Shown here one piece after another: positions 21,452 through 33,909 of a stretch of DNA of 64,000 bases (its first letter is position 1; each line of letters opens with the position of its first letter). The stretch comes from an uncultured Candidatus Altimarinota bacterium (GTDB lineage: Bacteria > Patescibacteriota > Gracilibacteria > BD1-5 > UBA6164). Location: assembly GCA_938015455.1 (NCBI GenBank), contig CALLPL010000036.1, forward strand, positions 9,916 to 73,915, written 5' to 3'. The notes beneath the pieces were generated by a model. That model had not been told where the DNA came from and did no database searches. It was given only the letters and a program-made list of their open reading frames with translations. Both the position numbers and the translations under genes were made by a program.

Positions 21452-22509
21452 GCCTCTTTCTTACTGCGGATAATAAGAAGTAGTGCTCATATAAATAGAG
21501 CAATAAATCAAAATAGAAGCCACATCTCAGGACCTGCTTGAGGAAGCTTGTTTGTAGAATTCGCTGCTTTTGTTACTTTATTAGCATCGATGTCTTCTTG
21601 AGAGAGAGAAGATCAACCATTCCCTGCCGATTGAGTTTTTCACGTAGACTGTAGAGGAGTTATAACTATCTCTTTAGTATCGTCTTTATTTTGAGGAGTG
21701 CCATCTTCTGGGATATCATCTTCATTTTCTGTTGCTGTAAGCTGTACTGGTTCTTCCTCATCCTCTTCTTCATCTTCTTCAGTAATAACTACATCCTCAG
21801 GAGCTGAATTAAGACTTGTTTCACCAAAGTTTGATCATGTAGTATAACTTACGAAAGCATCTATCCCTGATTCAATTGTATTCCCTTTAGCGTCACGAAT
21901 CTCAAGTACTGTTACTTTGTATTCTGTATTCTCGACCATATCAACTCAAAGTAATACTAAAACATTTTTATTATCTGAGTCGCTCACCTGAGAAATATCT
22001 ACTGGAATTTCTGTTCCCATTTGCTTGTCTTCTACAATAAATACACGACTCGCATCTGGACTCATTTCTAAATCAGTGCTAAATTTAAGTTCAATAGTAC
22101 TCTCATCAACTACTTCAACATCAACAATACGAAAATTTGATGTATCTACTGTTCATCAACCAATAGATTGTGTTTTATGGCTGATTTCTTGAGAATACTC
22201 AGATTCTTTTCAGAATTCATCTAAAGCAGTTACAGCTATAAAATAAGTTGTATCAGCTCAAAGTCATTGGAGTAAAAATTCACTCTCATCTATAAGATCA
22301 ATCCCTTCTACTTCATAACTTGATCATGAACCTGTTTTAGTACCATAATAAATATAATATCCCTCTATATTCTCTACATCTCACCAATCAAGACTTATAC
22401 TTGATTGAGAACTTTCTACTACCTCTAGCGCTTCAGGGGCCTGAGTTGCAAAGCTAACTGGAACAGATAAAAATAGAAATAGAAAAGTCAGTATAGAGAG
22501 ATATTTCAT
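21448..22509 (-). CDS. Surface protein with FN3 domain and C-terminal LPxxG sorting signal
   Basis: Signal peptide MKYLSILTFLFLFLSVPVSFA. FN3 motif SISLDWGDVENIEGYYIYYG..YFIAVTALD. Acidic linker. C-terminus KLPQAGPE + MWLLFGFIALFIGALLLII + RSKKEA. Confidence 0.75.
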
Positions 22510-22602
22510 AATTATTTTTTAGAAAGTAATTTCTTGTCTCCTGTTAGATTCGGAGTAGTATAGAAGCATAATAAAAATATTTTTATTTTTGACAACTCTT
22601 TC

Positions 22603-23157
22603 ATGAAAGAAAAACAGCCTAATAAAGGTTTTACTCTTGTAGAGCTCCTTGTAGTTATTGTAATAATATCTATCTTGATATTATGAAGCCTGAGAATCAA
22701 CCTCTCCAGGCTAAGCCAGAAACAAGAAACAGGAATAGAGCTTATACAGATCATGAATGTGCTTGAGGAAATTCGAGATAATGCCCTTATTGGCCGATGA
22801 GTTTGAGTAAATTTAGAGAATCCTGATTCCTGGAAAATAGAAGTTTCATCAAATAATTGAGGTATAATTGAGAGCTTTACAACTATCTGATCTACAGATA
22901 CCCCCTATGCAAATTGAACATGGAGCGCGAAGAAGAATCGTGAAATACTTGATTTAGAGTGCAGAAACTTCGATGAGTCCGATATTTCTCCTCTATCTGG
23001 AGTCGTTATACTCACCTTTGATGGAAGTGAAATTGATATCAACGCTACTGGATGTACCCCCGAAGAACAAAAAATACTCTTTATCCGATATGGAAACGCA
23101 AATATATCTGAAACTCTTACACTCAATACTCTCACATGAGTAATAGAGAGGAACTAA
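22603..23157 (+). CDS. Type IV pilin / pseudopilin-like protein
   Basis: Prepilin class III signal MKEKQPNKG|FTLVELLVVIVIISIL. 184 aa. Confidence 0.8.
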
Positions 23158-24665
23158 TTATTAAGAAAGTATTTCTTAGTATAAAAATACTCTCAACCTG
23201 CATATAACACTATAAATATTGGTGCATATATTAGTATTTGCCATATTGCTCCGATATCTCGAGCAATAAAAGAATGAAACATTAGGAATAACGCGAATGC
23301 ATATAGCAAACTGAAGCCGTATCATCAAAACTGCTTCAGAGAAAGAGGAATTCGGAATAAAACCATACTTGCACAAACACACATAAGAATTGCTTGAGAA
23401 ACAAGTGTTACAGCTGCAGCTCACATAAATGAATAGATCGGGATAAATATAATGTTTCAAATTATATTTATAAGGACTACTCAAAGATTTATCCAAAGCA
23501 GCACTCATTGACGTCCTGAAGCTATAAGCATATAAATAAACACCAGCGCTAAGAAATGAAATATTAGTACTCAAAGGACCACACTCAATGCGCTTACTGA
23601 GTTATATATGCTTCATGCTGGATTTAAGTACTCAGGAGTAGAAATAATGGAAATAGTCTCATATGCAAAAAGATTTCAAAGGGCTAAAATCAGTATTCAA
23701 AAACTCAAAAGTACTTTGATAGATATTCACAGGAGTCAGTGGAGGGCTCTTGTGTCTTTTGTTTCATATTTTTCTGTAAGAGTCGGGAGTAAAGAATTCA
23801 AATAAAAGCCTCACAGCACCATAAGTACCTCAACTATCTTCATCGGAAGAGCGTATAGCGCAATTGATACATCAGCCTGGGCTTTTGGCTCAAAAAATGG
23901 AATCAAAAATATATCAATTTTAAAATATACTACTGAGAGAAACAGTGCTGCTCCGTAAGGAAGTGCTTTAATAAAGATTTCCTGAATATATGCTATGTCA
24001 AAAAGATACCTAATCCTTGCTATCTTCCTAGCATAGAGGTAGTTTAAAAGTGTGTTTATCGTGACTCAAATAAGTCCCGCGACAAAAACAGAAATAAATG
24101 CGAGACTCTGGGCTCCTTCTCAGACAAAAACAATCATCAAGAATATTGCAACAAGAGAAATATTAATAATCTTTCCAAAAACTACTGAGAATAAAGAAAA
24201 CTCCATTTTCATTTGTGATTGCATCAGAGCAAGAAGAGCTGAATTAATAAGAGAGATGAGCGTAAAAACTCACACCACCAGTATGGCAATTAATATGAGA
24301 GGATCCTGAAGTCCAGGTGTAAATAAAGCAATTAAGTAGGCAAGTCCGATAATACATAGGCCTAGTCATGTACGAAGTGTAAGAACATTTCAAATTATTT
24401 TTTCTGCCTTAACCCGGCCAAGGGAAATCTCACGAATCATAATAGCGTAGAGTCCTAGGTCAGCGAGAAACGCAAAAATACCGAGATAGTTATAGACCTT
24501 GTTGTAACTCCCATATAGCTCAATAGGGAGGTATTTTGTGAGTATTCCAATTAAAAAAATTGATATCAAAGCTGTGAGAAACTTTGAAAGTATCTGGGCA
24601 AGTGTATTCGATGCTATTTTTTTATACAAGATGCTCGCTGAAAAAGTTAAAATATTGTATTGCAA
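23154..24665 (-). CDS. Polysaccharide/lipid-linked oligosaccharide flippase (Wzx/MurJ-like, MOP superfamily)
   Basis: 503 aa, about 12-14 TM segments. N-terminus LAQILSKFLTALISIFLIGILTKYLPIELYGSYN is typical of the PF01943 family. Translated line by line; TAG at 23154. Confidence 0.65.
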
Positions 24666-24727
24666 TCCGTATGTAAGGACTTATTATGAGGGCTATACTA
24701 TAAAGAAATACCAAAAAATACAAACAT

Positions 24728-26248
24728 ATGATCAAATTGATTTTTTCTCTCTTACTTTTTTCAGTTCTCATTGGCCTTCTCATATTTTGAGTATTCAAAA
24801 GAGATAATATTTGATACCCCCTATCTTCTCCAAGTATAGTAATCCCATGAGAGAAACTAATAGAAGAGGAAGCATCTCAAGATGAAAAGTCAGATCGCGA
24901 AGATATCGTCCGAGAGAAAATAGAAAATATCAAAAAACGTCTTGCTCTAAAAGGGCTTATAATTGAGTGAGACACCTACTATAGAAATAGAGAACATACT
25001 CTCGCTTTGGAAAAGTACTTAGAATTTTTCAAAGAACATCCTGATGACCCCCTCATAATAGAAAAAATATGAAATACTTACCTAGAAACTTACGAGTACT
25101 CTAGCGCTCTTAAGTATTACAGGCAAATACCAGACCCAAGTACGAGTATAAAAATACGTATAACTGATACTATTATTTACGCAGCTGATCTATCAAGCTC
25201 ACAGGGAAGATTGAAAGCTCGAAAAGAAATAGATAGCATAAAACTTCCTGATGATCTTTATTTCTATTATCAAAACAGTATCAAGTGTATTGATGATTTT
25301 ATTACTTGTAAGATCGAATTTAAAGACTATTTCCTTGCGGGTATTCGGCAAGATGAAAATGGAGAAGAAATTACTCTTCATCCAAAATTACAATGAACTA
25401 AAGATGCTCTAGAAAATTATGATAACTTTCAGCTTGAGGAAGAATACCTCGAAGATGCCTATATTATTTGATCACTCTATACTCAATGACTCTACCCAAT
25501 TTCAATAGAACTATGAAATAGACTTCTTAAAACAAAGACAGATTATAAACCTATAATCAAGATTATTGCTCAAAGCAATTACGAGCTTTGAAGATTTCAA
25601 ATAGCAAAAGATATTCTCACGAGTCGCTATGAAGCTGATAGTGATGATCCAAGTGTTGCGTATCTCCTTGGAGTTATCAATGGAAAGCTTTGAGAATATA
25701 TACTTGCAAATATATACTTTAAAAAAGCTCTTAAAATATGATATGAGCCTAGTATTAATGCAAGGAGACAGCTTATTCATAACTACTACCTGCTTGAAAA
25801 CGATGAAAACATGCTGAGAGCCTTTGCCGAACTTGTTGATGAGGAACCTCAAATAGAGAAAGAAGATCTTTGACTTGCTATATATCACCATATTATACAC
25901 GATAAGTATGCTATAGCTCAGGATTGGAGTAAAAAATGACAAGAACTCTTTCCAGAAAGTTCAAATTTTTATGCCTATGAGTCTTGGGTTCTCAGAGAAA
26001 AATGAGATTATGATACAGCACTATGAATACTCCAAGATGGCTTAAATATACAGTGAGATAATCCCTTTATTCTCCTCAATATTTGACATACGCTTCTTGA
26101 AAAAGGGAATCTAGTTTGAGCGAAAAGATATTTTACTCAAGCTGTAGAAACTGCCCCTGACAGCCAGTTTGCTGTACAGGCAAAAAATGAGCTTAAAAAG
26201 CTGGAAGCAATTAAAAAACAAGAGGAACAAAAAAATACTGATACATAA
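24728..26248 (+). CDS. TPR-repeat protein with N-terminal membrane anchor (506 aa)
   Basis: TM segment LIFSLLLFSVLIGLLIFG. Repeated A/Y/L patterns (ALEKYLEFF, ALKYYRQ, AKRYFTQAVE). Confidence 0.6.
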
Positions 26249-26257
26249 CATTATCTT

Positions 26258-26842
26258 ATGAGTATAGAACAACAGAAAAATGAAGAATATTTTGAGAAAA
26301 AGTCTCAAAAAAAGAATCTCGAAAAACGTGATCAGTTTCTGCTTGAGAAGAAAATCATGACTGAGAGTTCAAATCTCCTCAAGAAACTCGCGTCTGAAAT
26401 AGCAAATGAGTTCTGAATCGATATTATAGAAGCAACAAAACTTATTGAAAATAGTGCCTGAGCCTCCTTAGATAATCTCAAAGGAACTCTCGACACCCAG
26501 AGGCTAAAGGATGCGATAGTCAAGGCCCAAGGATCAATCGAAGATCTCTCTAAACAGCACCGAGAGTCTCTCAAAGAAGTTCTCGACAGAGAAAACTATA
26601 CTCCTGAAAAACATGAGTATTATACCACTGAAACACTTTTCCCACCACGCATACTCCAAAAAGCAAAACATCCTCAGAATGTTTGAGACCAATTCGTATG
26701 ACTCGGACTTGGTCTTATAGATTCAACAGAAGCAGTGGTACTCTTTACCTACTCTCTATGAAAAGGGATTCTCTTCACCCCCTATCACCTCTATCTCCTA
26801 CTCACAGGGCAAGCTGAATATGAAGGATTTTCTAGGATATAA
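26258..26842 (+). CDS. Hypothetical protein (194 aa)
   Basis: ATG 26258, TAA 26840. C-terminal hydrophobic segment. Confidence 0.45.
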
Positions 26843-27995
26843 TTTGTTCTAAGAGTTCTGCAAGAGCCTTTTTGTCATGCTTATAAAGACTCTGTTTATC
26901 AAGTATATCTGCTTCGAATACCTGAATTTTTCTTCTCTCAAGTTCTCATTTTTCTCATTCTGAGAGAAAGAGATAATCTCATCATTTAACACTGATATGT
27001 GTTTTGAGTTTTTCAAGAGCATCAAGCGAAATATCAGGCCTCTTATTATTGGCAATAAATATATCAATACGTCTCCCCAAAAACCTTTCTATCTTGTTGA
27101 TAAAATCAAGCGCTGTAAGTCATTGCGTCTCCCCTCTTGATTCTCATCCCTTATTCATACTGTTTCCAATATAGATAAGTTTTGCATCAGTGTTTTTTAT
27201 AACTTCTTTTACTCATCAAATTACAAAGTTTGAAATCGTAGAGGTGAATAAATCTCCAGGTGAGATAACGACATAGTCAGCTTTTTTTATCGCTTTAAAA
27301 ACATCCTTGTGTTGATATGCATGTTTTGAGTCGTCCATAAGTTCTAGATCTGCTATACCTGAACTGTATACTGCGTGATCTCCTATTCTATCTTGGGTCT
27401 CTATTGTTTCTCAATTAGAGAGTACTGCTTTGATAGTAGCTTTTTGAGTAGTGACAGGAATAATGTCTGCTTTCACCTCTAGGATTTCATGCATAACTCT
27501 TAGCATAGCATTATAATCTTTATCTAAGTTATAATACAAGTTGGCCATGAGTATATTTCCAACCTTGTGTCATTTGATCGTTGAGTGAAGTGGGAGGAGA
27601 AATCACATTGCCTCTTTCTGTTCCGCAGAGAAAGCACTTTCTAAGTGTTTTTTAAAGTCTTTATCAGCTCCAACAAGACGAAAGTAGTCCCAAAGTGTGA
27701 GATCAGAAATCTGGAAATCTCTCTCAATAACCGTTTCGAGGTATTGCTGGAATTCATCTCTTCGCGGAGAGGCTGACATCATAAAGAGACACCTACGCAG
27801 GTCGCCAGGAGGTGGGAGATGAAGCCCAAGCTCATCCTGAAACTTTCTCATCAGCTCTCCCGTAGTTCGACCATCGTCGCTCATCGAAACAATACTCGAG
27901 ATCTCAACTGGTTTTTTATAATAGCTATACAGAGCATCCAACAGATTTGATTGCCCATTTCCTCCTCAGATAGTTACTATTTTTGTTTTACTCAT
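26832..27995 (-). CDS. YvcK/CofD-like (UPF0052, gluconeogenesis factor family)
   Basis: MSKTKIVTIGGGNGQSNLL, SMSDDGRTTGELM, PPPGDLRRCL, VVISPGDLFTSTISN. 387 aa. Translated line by line. Confidence 0.75.
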
Positions 27996-28004
27996 GCAAA
28001 AATA

Positions 28005-28037
28005 ATACAAAAAAAACACCTCATGACAAGGTGTTTT
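28005..28037 (-). terminator. Rho-independent terminator
   Basis: Stem aaaacacc / ggtgtttt with a 9-nt loop and a U-run on the minus strand after the stop at 28049. Confidence 0.6.
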
Positions 28038-28048
28038 CTGAAGAATTA

Positions 28049-28531
28049 CTACTCATTATCTCCTATAATAACATCAAAAACTTTTCTTGAAACGTCTCCA
28101 CCTGCATCTTCGTATTTTGTTTGTTCATCTTGAGATTGTCTAGTTAGCAGAGCTGCAGCTATTTTTTGATTAGCAGTATATTCAAGTTCTACTCAAAGAA
28201 CAAGGCCAATCGTTTCTCTCCTATCGGGAGTGTTATATTGTTCATTAAAAGCATTCTCATTATACTGAATAACCCCTAATCTCGCTTTTATAAGGTCTAA
28301 AGTTTCACCGTCACAATTCTTATCAGTTAAAGCTATACTACAAGCTTCAAAAATCGCTTTAAAATAAAGTGCATAACCAGATTTCTCATGAATATGCTTT
28401 TTACAATCTGGACTATCTACATTCGTTTGATAGTTCTTGAGACTAGCTTCAGCTTGTTCTAAAGCTGTTCCTAAAGTCTCGGCTGGGTTTACTGCACTTG
28501 GTGCATCTGTAGCTGCGTTTGATCCACTCAT
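28049..28531 (-). CDS. Hypothetical protein (160 aa)
   Basis: ATG 28531, TAG 28049. One read-through TGA at 28193. Confidence 0.5.
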
Positions 28532-28616
28532 AAAAAAATATTTAAAATATAAGTTAAGTACTAAATTTATATTAACTATTATTTAATAAATGTCAAATAT
28601 ATTTTACCCTATATAC

Positions 28617-29873
28617 TTAACCTCCAAATGCCTTCTGGAATAAATCTATATCTCCAAAGTCTTGTTTAGTTTTCTGCCTAGCAAAGCTCTTAGATTTTTC
28701 CACTCAGGGTTGATCAAAGGCATTGATTCACATGAGTTCTCAGAGATAGGCAATCTGGAACATATACATATAGAGAAGAGAGCCTAGCGTCTTTTCACTG
28801 AGATCTAGGAGCGTGAGTTTACATACAGGATGATCTTCATTTTTGAGGGAACTTTCTGTTCCAAATTGGTAGATATCGAGAAGATTATTGAAGCTGAGAT
28901 CAGGGTAGCTTTGATCTGGTACGGGGCTTACTCCTGGATTCTCTACATCTATAAAGGTAAAGAGTTTATTCTTTGGGCCGTCTTGGTAGAGTTGGAGTTC
29001 TGAGTGCTGGTCAGACGCTCATATAGAACTAATTGGAGTTATACCTTGTCCATCTTTTCCTATACTCTCGGCAAGCAGCTGCTTATACCACTCACCAAAC
29101 TGAAAAAGTCTACTCGAATATGAAAATAGTACTGAGCAATCGATACCTTGTTTATTGTATAAATTAGATTGCATCAATGCTAGTTGAAAAGGAATATTTT
29201 TTGTGAGATCTTCAGATAGAAAGTCCTCTCGGCTCTCAGATATTCCAGTGAGATATTCATTTATATCTACTCCTGAAAAAGCTAGAGGGAGAAGTCCTAC
29301 TGGAGTAAATACTGAAAACCTTCATCACGTAGTTTCTGGGATCAGAAATACTGGAAATTCTTTCTCAAGATCTGCTCTCATAGAACAGTTCTCTCATACC
29401 ACAAAACAAAAGTTCTTCTTCCAATCGTCACATTTCTTTTGGCACAGATTCCTGAAATATAAGTACTGTGAAATAGGTTCTATAGTAGTACCAGATTTTG
29501 AGATAAAACAAAAAAGCGTTCTTTCTATATCTATGAGTTTTTCCACATCATCAATAGTATGAGAATCAATATTATCAAGCACGTAAATATTTTTTCACTT
29601 CTTATTTTTTACTTCGTTATAGTATTTCCCATGAGTTGCTTCAATAAGAGCTTTTGCTCCGAGAGCAGATCATCACATCCCAAAGACAACGATATTATCA
29701 AAGTCTCATCCTACTTTACTCACGAAGTTTTTTATGGATTCTGTGTCTACAAGCGTATCCACGTCAATAAATCAGAGATCCTTTCTCTTTGAGAGTAGTC
29801 CATTAATAATTTCTTCTCTTCTTTTATCAGAAGGGTCTTCTTGATGTATATTTCAAAGTGAAAATTGTAGCAT
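28617..29873 (-). CDS. pgi: Glucose-6-phosphate isomerase
   Basis: VVFGMGGSALGAKA, FCFISKSGTTIEP, ETTGGRFSVFTPVGLLP, GASDQHSELQLYQDGP, NAFDQPGVE. 418 aa. Confidence 0.9.
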
Positions 29874-29883
29874 ATTTTTTGTA

Positions 29884-30486
29884 TTAATGTCGTAAATCCT
29901 GTTCCAGTTCTAAGAGTCTCTCCTCTTTGTAAAAATGTCCTCTATCACTGAACTCTCTAAAGATAGCCTCAGGGAAATAGGTCTTGAGCTCAAGTGATTG
30001 CTCAAACGGGACAAGTTCATCATCTCTACTATGATAGATATATATCTGATCTGCCCATCTTTGGATCTTATTATACACAAGATCTATATCAAAACTAAAA
30101 CTCCCTAGTTTCTCACTAGGAGTATCATTAGTTGCTGGGGCAATGAGAAAAAGTTTCTTTATTCTCACTGGAAATTCATTTTCTCAAATATATTTCATGA
30201 TAAAAGTTGACCCAAGTGAAGTCGTCACAACATTTGCTCCCTCTTCTAAAAATGGTAAAAGTTTCTCAAACATTATTTTCCAAGCTTCATAGTCCGCGAA
30301 ACCTATTCTGTCAGATGGTGTTCTGATATACTCAAAATCTTCTCAAAGATATTCTCAAAGAGTTTTGTTCCAGTTAAGGAGTTTTTCTGCGTATGGATCA
30401 TACTCTCTAGATCTCAGAAAATCATAATAATTCTCAAAGTTCTCCTTTGGTACTGCTCCGTTTATAAATATAACTTGTTGTTTCAT
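29884..30486 (-). CDS. Alpha/beta serine hydrolase (YdeN/RBBP9-like)
   Basis: VIFINGAVP, TTSLGSTF (nucleophile elbow variant), HSRDDELVPF, DRGHF. 200 aa. Frame scanned and stop-free. Confidence 0.55.
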
Positions 30487-30501
30487 ATCTAGTGATTTAA
30501 T

Positions 30502-31014
30502 TTAGCTAACATTCCAATTATATTCCTCTTTTAAAATAGAAAAACCTTTTTTTATTGCCTGTATCTCATAATCATCTTCTTGTTTTCCTGCTGTAATGAT
30601 AGTGTTTATTTCTTTCTCACTTATCCAAACATAGCCTTCATGGTCTTCTGGGTGGAGTACTATGTTTTTTTCATCGTCTATGAACTGGCTGAAGTATATT
30701 GCTTCTAAAGACTGACTTCACTTAATATGATTAGTATAGGTAAATACGTCAAAACAATCTCCTACTTGTACGTTTTTTCAAAACTCTTCACTAATTTCTC
30801 GTTTTAATCCATCTCGCATATCTTCTCAAAAATCAATATGACCTCCCGGAAGTTCATATATTCAAGGGAGGAACTTCTTTGTTTTTGCTCGCTTTGGAAC
30901 AAATAATTCTAATATATCATCTTTACATCTATATATAAAAGCGCAGGCTGTGAAAACTTGTTGTCCCTGAGCTGGAGTCTCACTGTCGTGTGCTATTTTA
31001 ACTTCGTATTCCAT
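30502..31014 (-). CDS. Nudix hydrolase
   Basis: Canonical Nudix box GGHIDFGEDMRDGLKREISEEFG. 170 aa. Frame scanned. Confidence 0.8.
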
Positions 31015-31756
31015 ATCCCTTCTTTAGGAGATAAAGAATAACTGATGTGAGAATCGTAATAAAGAATACGAGTATTCCAATAGAGAGTGATATAGAAATA
31101 TCTGAATCTCCTCCAATAAATGCGTAGCGAAGACCATTAATCATATAGAGGATCGGATTAAAGAGACTGATTGTTTGCCAGGGTTCTCAAAGTATTGAGA
31201 TAGGATAAAATACCCCTCCAAGATATATAAGTGGAGTAATCACAAATGTTGGAATAATCGAAATATCATCGAAACTCTTTGCATACATTGCGTTATAGAG
31301 TCCTAACAAAGCAAAAAGAAGTGAAGAAAGAAATATGAATAAAAAGGCTAAAGGAAAGTTTTGTATCTGTATATCCGTCATAAAGGCTCCTGTGATAAAT
31401 ACGAGTCAGGCAACCATGAGACCACGAAGCATTGCTCAACTGCAAAACCCTACGAGGATCTTCCAATAAGCCATGGGGGAGACAAAGAGTTCCTCTATAG
31501 ATTTTTGAAACTTTGCTCCAAAGAAACTGGAAGAAGTATTCTGATAACTTGCCATAATCACCGACATCATGAGGAGTCCTGGGAAAATAAAATCTATATA
31601 ACTCACTCCTTCTACTACCGAAATCCTATCTCCAATGAACTTTCAAAATATCGCGAGATAGAGAACTATCGTTATTATCGGGGGAACCAGAGTTTGCTTC
31701 CAAACTCGCATAAAACGCGATACCTCTTTACGAGTGAGTGTGTACAAGTCTGTCAT
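30998..31756 (-). CDS. ABC-2 type transporter permease
   Basis: 252 aa, 6 TM segments. REVSRFMRVWKQTLVPPIIT, FNPILYMINGLRYAF. Overlaps the downstream Nudix start by 17 nt. Confidence 0.75.
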
Positions 31757-31758
31757 AG

Positions 31759-32673
31759 TTATTTTTTAGTAAGTCAGATAAAGAGTTGTTCGAGTCTGTT
31801 TGATTTATTTCTCATCGAGAGTACCTCAACTCATTTCTCTGAAAGTACTTCAAATATTTTATTAAGACTTTCAGAAGACTTTATAGTAAGTTCGAGAGTG
31901 TGTTTATCTACGAGTTTTGGATCGTATGGTGAGAATCTCTTAGGTATTTTTTCAAGTTTATTTTTAAGATCGAGGACAAAGACTTCCTTATCAAGCGTCT
32001 TGAGGAGCTCCTTTACTCAAGAATTTTTCACTATTTTTCATCCTGAGAGTATTGCTACATTTTTACAGAGCTGTTCTACTTCTTCGAGATAGTGTGTTGT
32101 AAGTATAATAGTCGTTCCCTGCTTATTAAGTTCTCCTATAAACTCCCACATAGTTTTACGAAGCTCTACGTCTACTCCAGCCGTTGGTTCGTCCAGTACC
32201 AGTATTTTTGGATTATGTACGAGTGCTCTCGCTATCATGAGTCTGCGTTTCATCCCTCCTGAGAGTTCTCTTGCTGGAGAGTCTTTTTTATCCCAGAGCT
32301 CCAATTTTTTCAAGTACATTTCAACTCTTTCTGCAGCAATTTTTTCAGGTATACCATAATATCCAGCCTGAAACATACATATAGCATATACTGGCATAAA
32401 TATATCAAAATTAAACTCTTGAGGCACGACTCCAATATGTGTTCTCGCGAGTGGAAAGTCTGTATCTATATCTACTCATCCAATCTTTACACTTCCTGAG
32501 GTCTTATTTACCAGACTGGTCATAATACCTATAGTTGTGGTCTTCCCTGCTCCATTATGACCAAGAAGCGCAAAAAAATCTCCCTGCTCTACCTCAAGGT
32601 CTATTCATTTCAACACTTCTAGATCTCCATATGATTTCTTGAGATTTTTTATTTCGAGTACTTTTTTTGTCAT
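31759..32673 (-). CDS. ABC transporter ATP-binding protein
   Basis: Walker A GHNGAGKTT, signature LSGGMKRRL, Walker B ILVLDEPTAGVD, H-loop TTHYLEE. 304 aa. Confidence 0.9.
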
Positions 32674-32677
32674 TATT

Positions 32678-33010
32678 CTACTTCTTTTTTACTGCTAAAG
32701 ATTTGTCTATCCATTGTATGAGTTTTTCTTTATCCTCCAATATTTCTTCTGGAAGTTTCCAGTAGCTCATCCTATATATCTTTCCATTCTTTTTCTCAAA
32801 CTCAAATTGACTGGATCACGCATCTATATAATCCTGTCTGTTGCCATCCCCAACTTTCATATAGGGAATATCCCAAGCATATATAGCAAATATCTGACCA
32901 TACTTATATACCCCGTATCAACCAAACATAGACTTCGTCGTATAGGCACTGTCTCCTTCAAGGCAATCAAAAAGAAAGTACTGTATACTTTCTGGGAGTG
33001 CTTTTGGCAT
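32678..33010 (-). CDS. TfoX N-terminal domain protein
   Basis: TKSMFGGYGVYKYGQIFAIYAWDIPYMK is the TfoX_N signature. 110 aa. Confidence 0.6.
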
Positions 33011-33376
33011 AATTTGAACAGTAAAGAAATATGTAGTGATTCTACATATTTTTCAAATAATTTCGAGAAAACTTATAACCTATGAAGTTTAGAAGAAGCT
33101 GGTCAAGATAAAAGGACTACATCAGCAGCATTCTTTGCTTCCGGTATGGGAATCCTGACTTGAGTTCATACCATATCAGTTCTTTTAAGGCTCGTTCAAG
33201 ATGCAGCTCAAATTTCTACCATGATGCTATCAAAAGAAGGTCAATCGAGAGCTGACGCTCAGGCATCTGACGATACAACAGTATTAGGAAGTGATGGACT
33301 CGTAATTCTCATAAGTCTTTTGGTTTAATAATCTATGATTTAGTCTACTATTCGTAGTAATTTCTACCATTTATAT

Positions 33377-33613
33377 TTATCTCCATCCCTTTTTCGGTTT
33401 CTTAGCTCAAGAGCAACCATGTATCCTTTCATCGACTCTTCTGCCTGAACTATCATCATTTTCAGTAAAGTCACTAATTATTCTTAATAATTCTGCCCCA
33501 GGTCATTCTCTTTTACTTTGCTGATACAAAAAATGTGCTCATGAGAATCTATCACTCATATCAGTGCTTTCACATACACCTGTCAAGTCTCTTAATTGTC
33601 ATTTTCGTATCAT
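33377..33613 (-). CDS. Hypothetical small protein (78 aa), weak call
   Basis: ATG 33613, TAA 33377, 5 TGA. No motif. The region is GC-richer than its surroundings and could be non-coding. Confidence 0.25.
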
Positions 33614-33693
33614 AGTCTACTCTTTACGAATAAAATATATATAGCATGCTATAGAGGAGATCAGAAAAAGCAAGTTTGGTTTTTTGGGCAACT

Positions 33694-33856
33694 AAAAAGC
33701 CTCATCAAACGATGAGACTCATACATCAAACGATGCATCCAGAACTCCCTCAGCAAACCTGCAAGAAAGTAGACTGGAGAATCCGGGACAGACACGGCAT
33801 GAAACACATCTGTCCCAGATCAAGTCTATCGAGTCAGGAGAGCTCAATAAACTTAG
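33694..33856 (-). ncRNA. Candidate structured sRNA or cis-leader (~160 nt) with its own promoter and terminator
   Basis: Long imperfect hairpin: GGGACAGA...UCUGUCCC, AGACU/AGUCU, GAGCUCUCCUG/UGAGGGAGUUC. Two tandem CAUCGUUUGAUG hairpins; the second is followed by GCUUUUU. No coding frame. Confidence 0.4.
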
Positions 33857-33862
33857 TATCAG

Positions 33863-33890
33863 AGTTTATAATTAAATAGTAAAAGTCAAC
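33863..33890 (-). promoter_or_regulatory. Putative promoter for the sRNA candidate (TTGACT-N16-TAAACT)
   Basis: Minus-strand -35 at 33890-33885 and -10 at 33868-33863, just after the tag stop. Confidence 0.35.
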
Positions 33891-33909
33891 ATATGTTCAC
33901 CTCTTAATA

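Noticed and set aside
31361-32092. 243-aa plus-strand ORF in the supplied track, and similar long listed ORFs at 47994..48533 (+), 25511..25942 (-), 23176..23574 (-) and 61773..62189 (+)
   Set aside because: They are antisense or out of frame relative to well-supported code-25 genes (ABC transporter, giant adhesin, TPR protein, flippase, DPRP). They translate to low-complexity Ser/Leu/Phe-rich sequence with no motifs.
33146-33328. 60-aa plus-strand ORF (MGILTGVHTISVLLRL...)
   Set aside because: Short, with no motif. The upstream in-frame extension is antisense to the TfoX gene and has no start codon. Support is insufficient to call it.
33090-33900. Possible SRP RNA, RNase P RNA or tmRNA in the GC-richer, ORF-poor stretch
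   Set aside because: No GGAA/GNRA-capped domain IV motif (..GUCCGGAAGGAAGCAGC..), no GAGGAAAGUCCGGGC P4 motif and no tRNA-like ends were found on either strand. It is reported only as an unclassified sRNA candidate.
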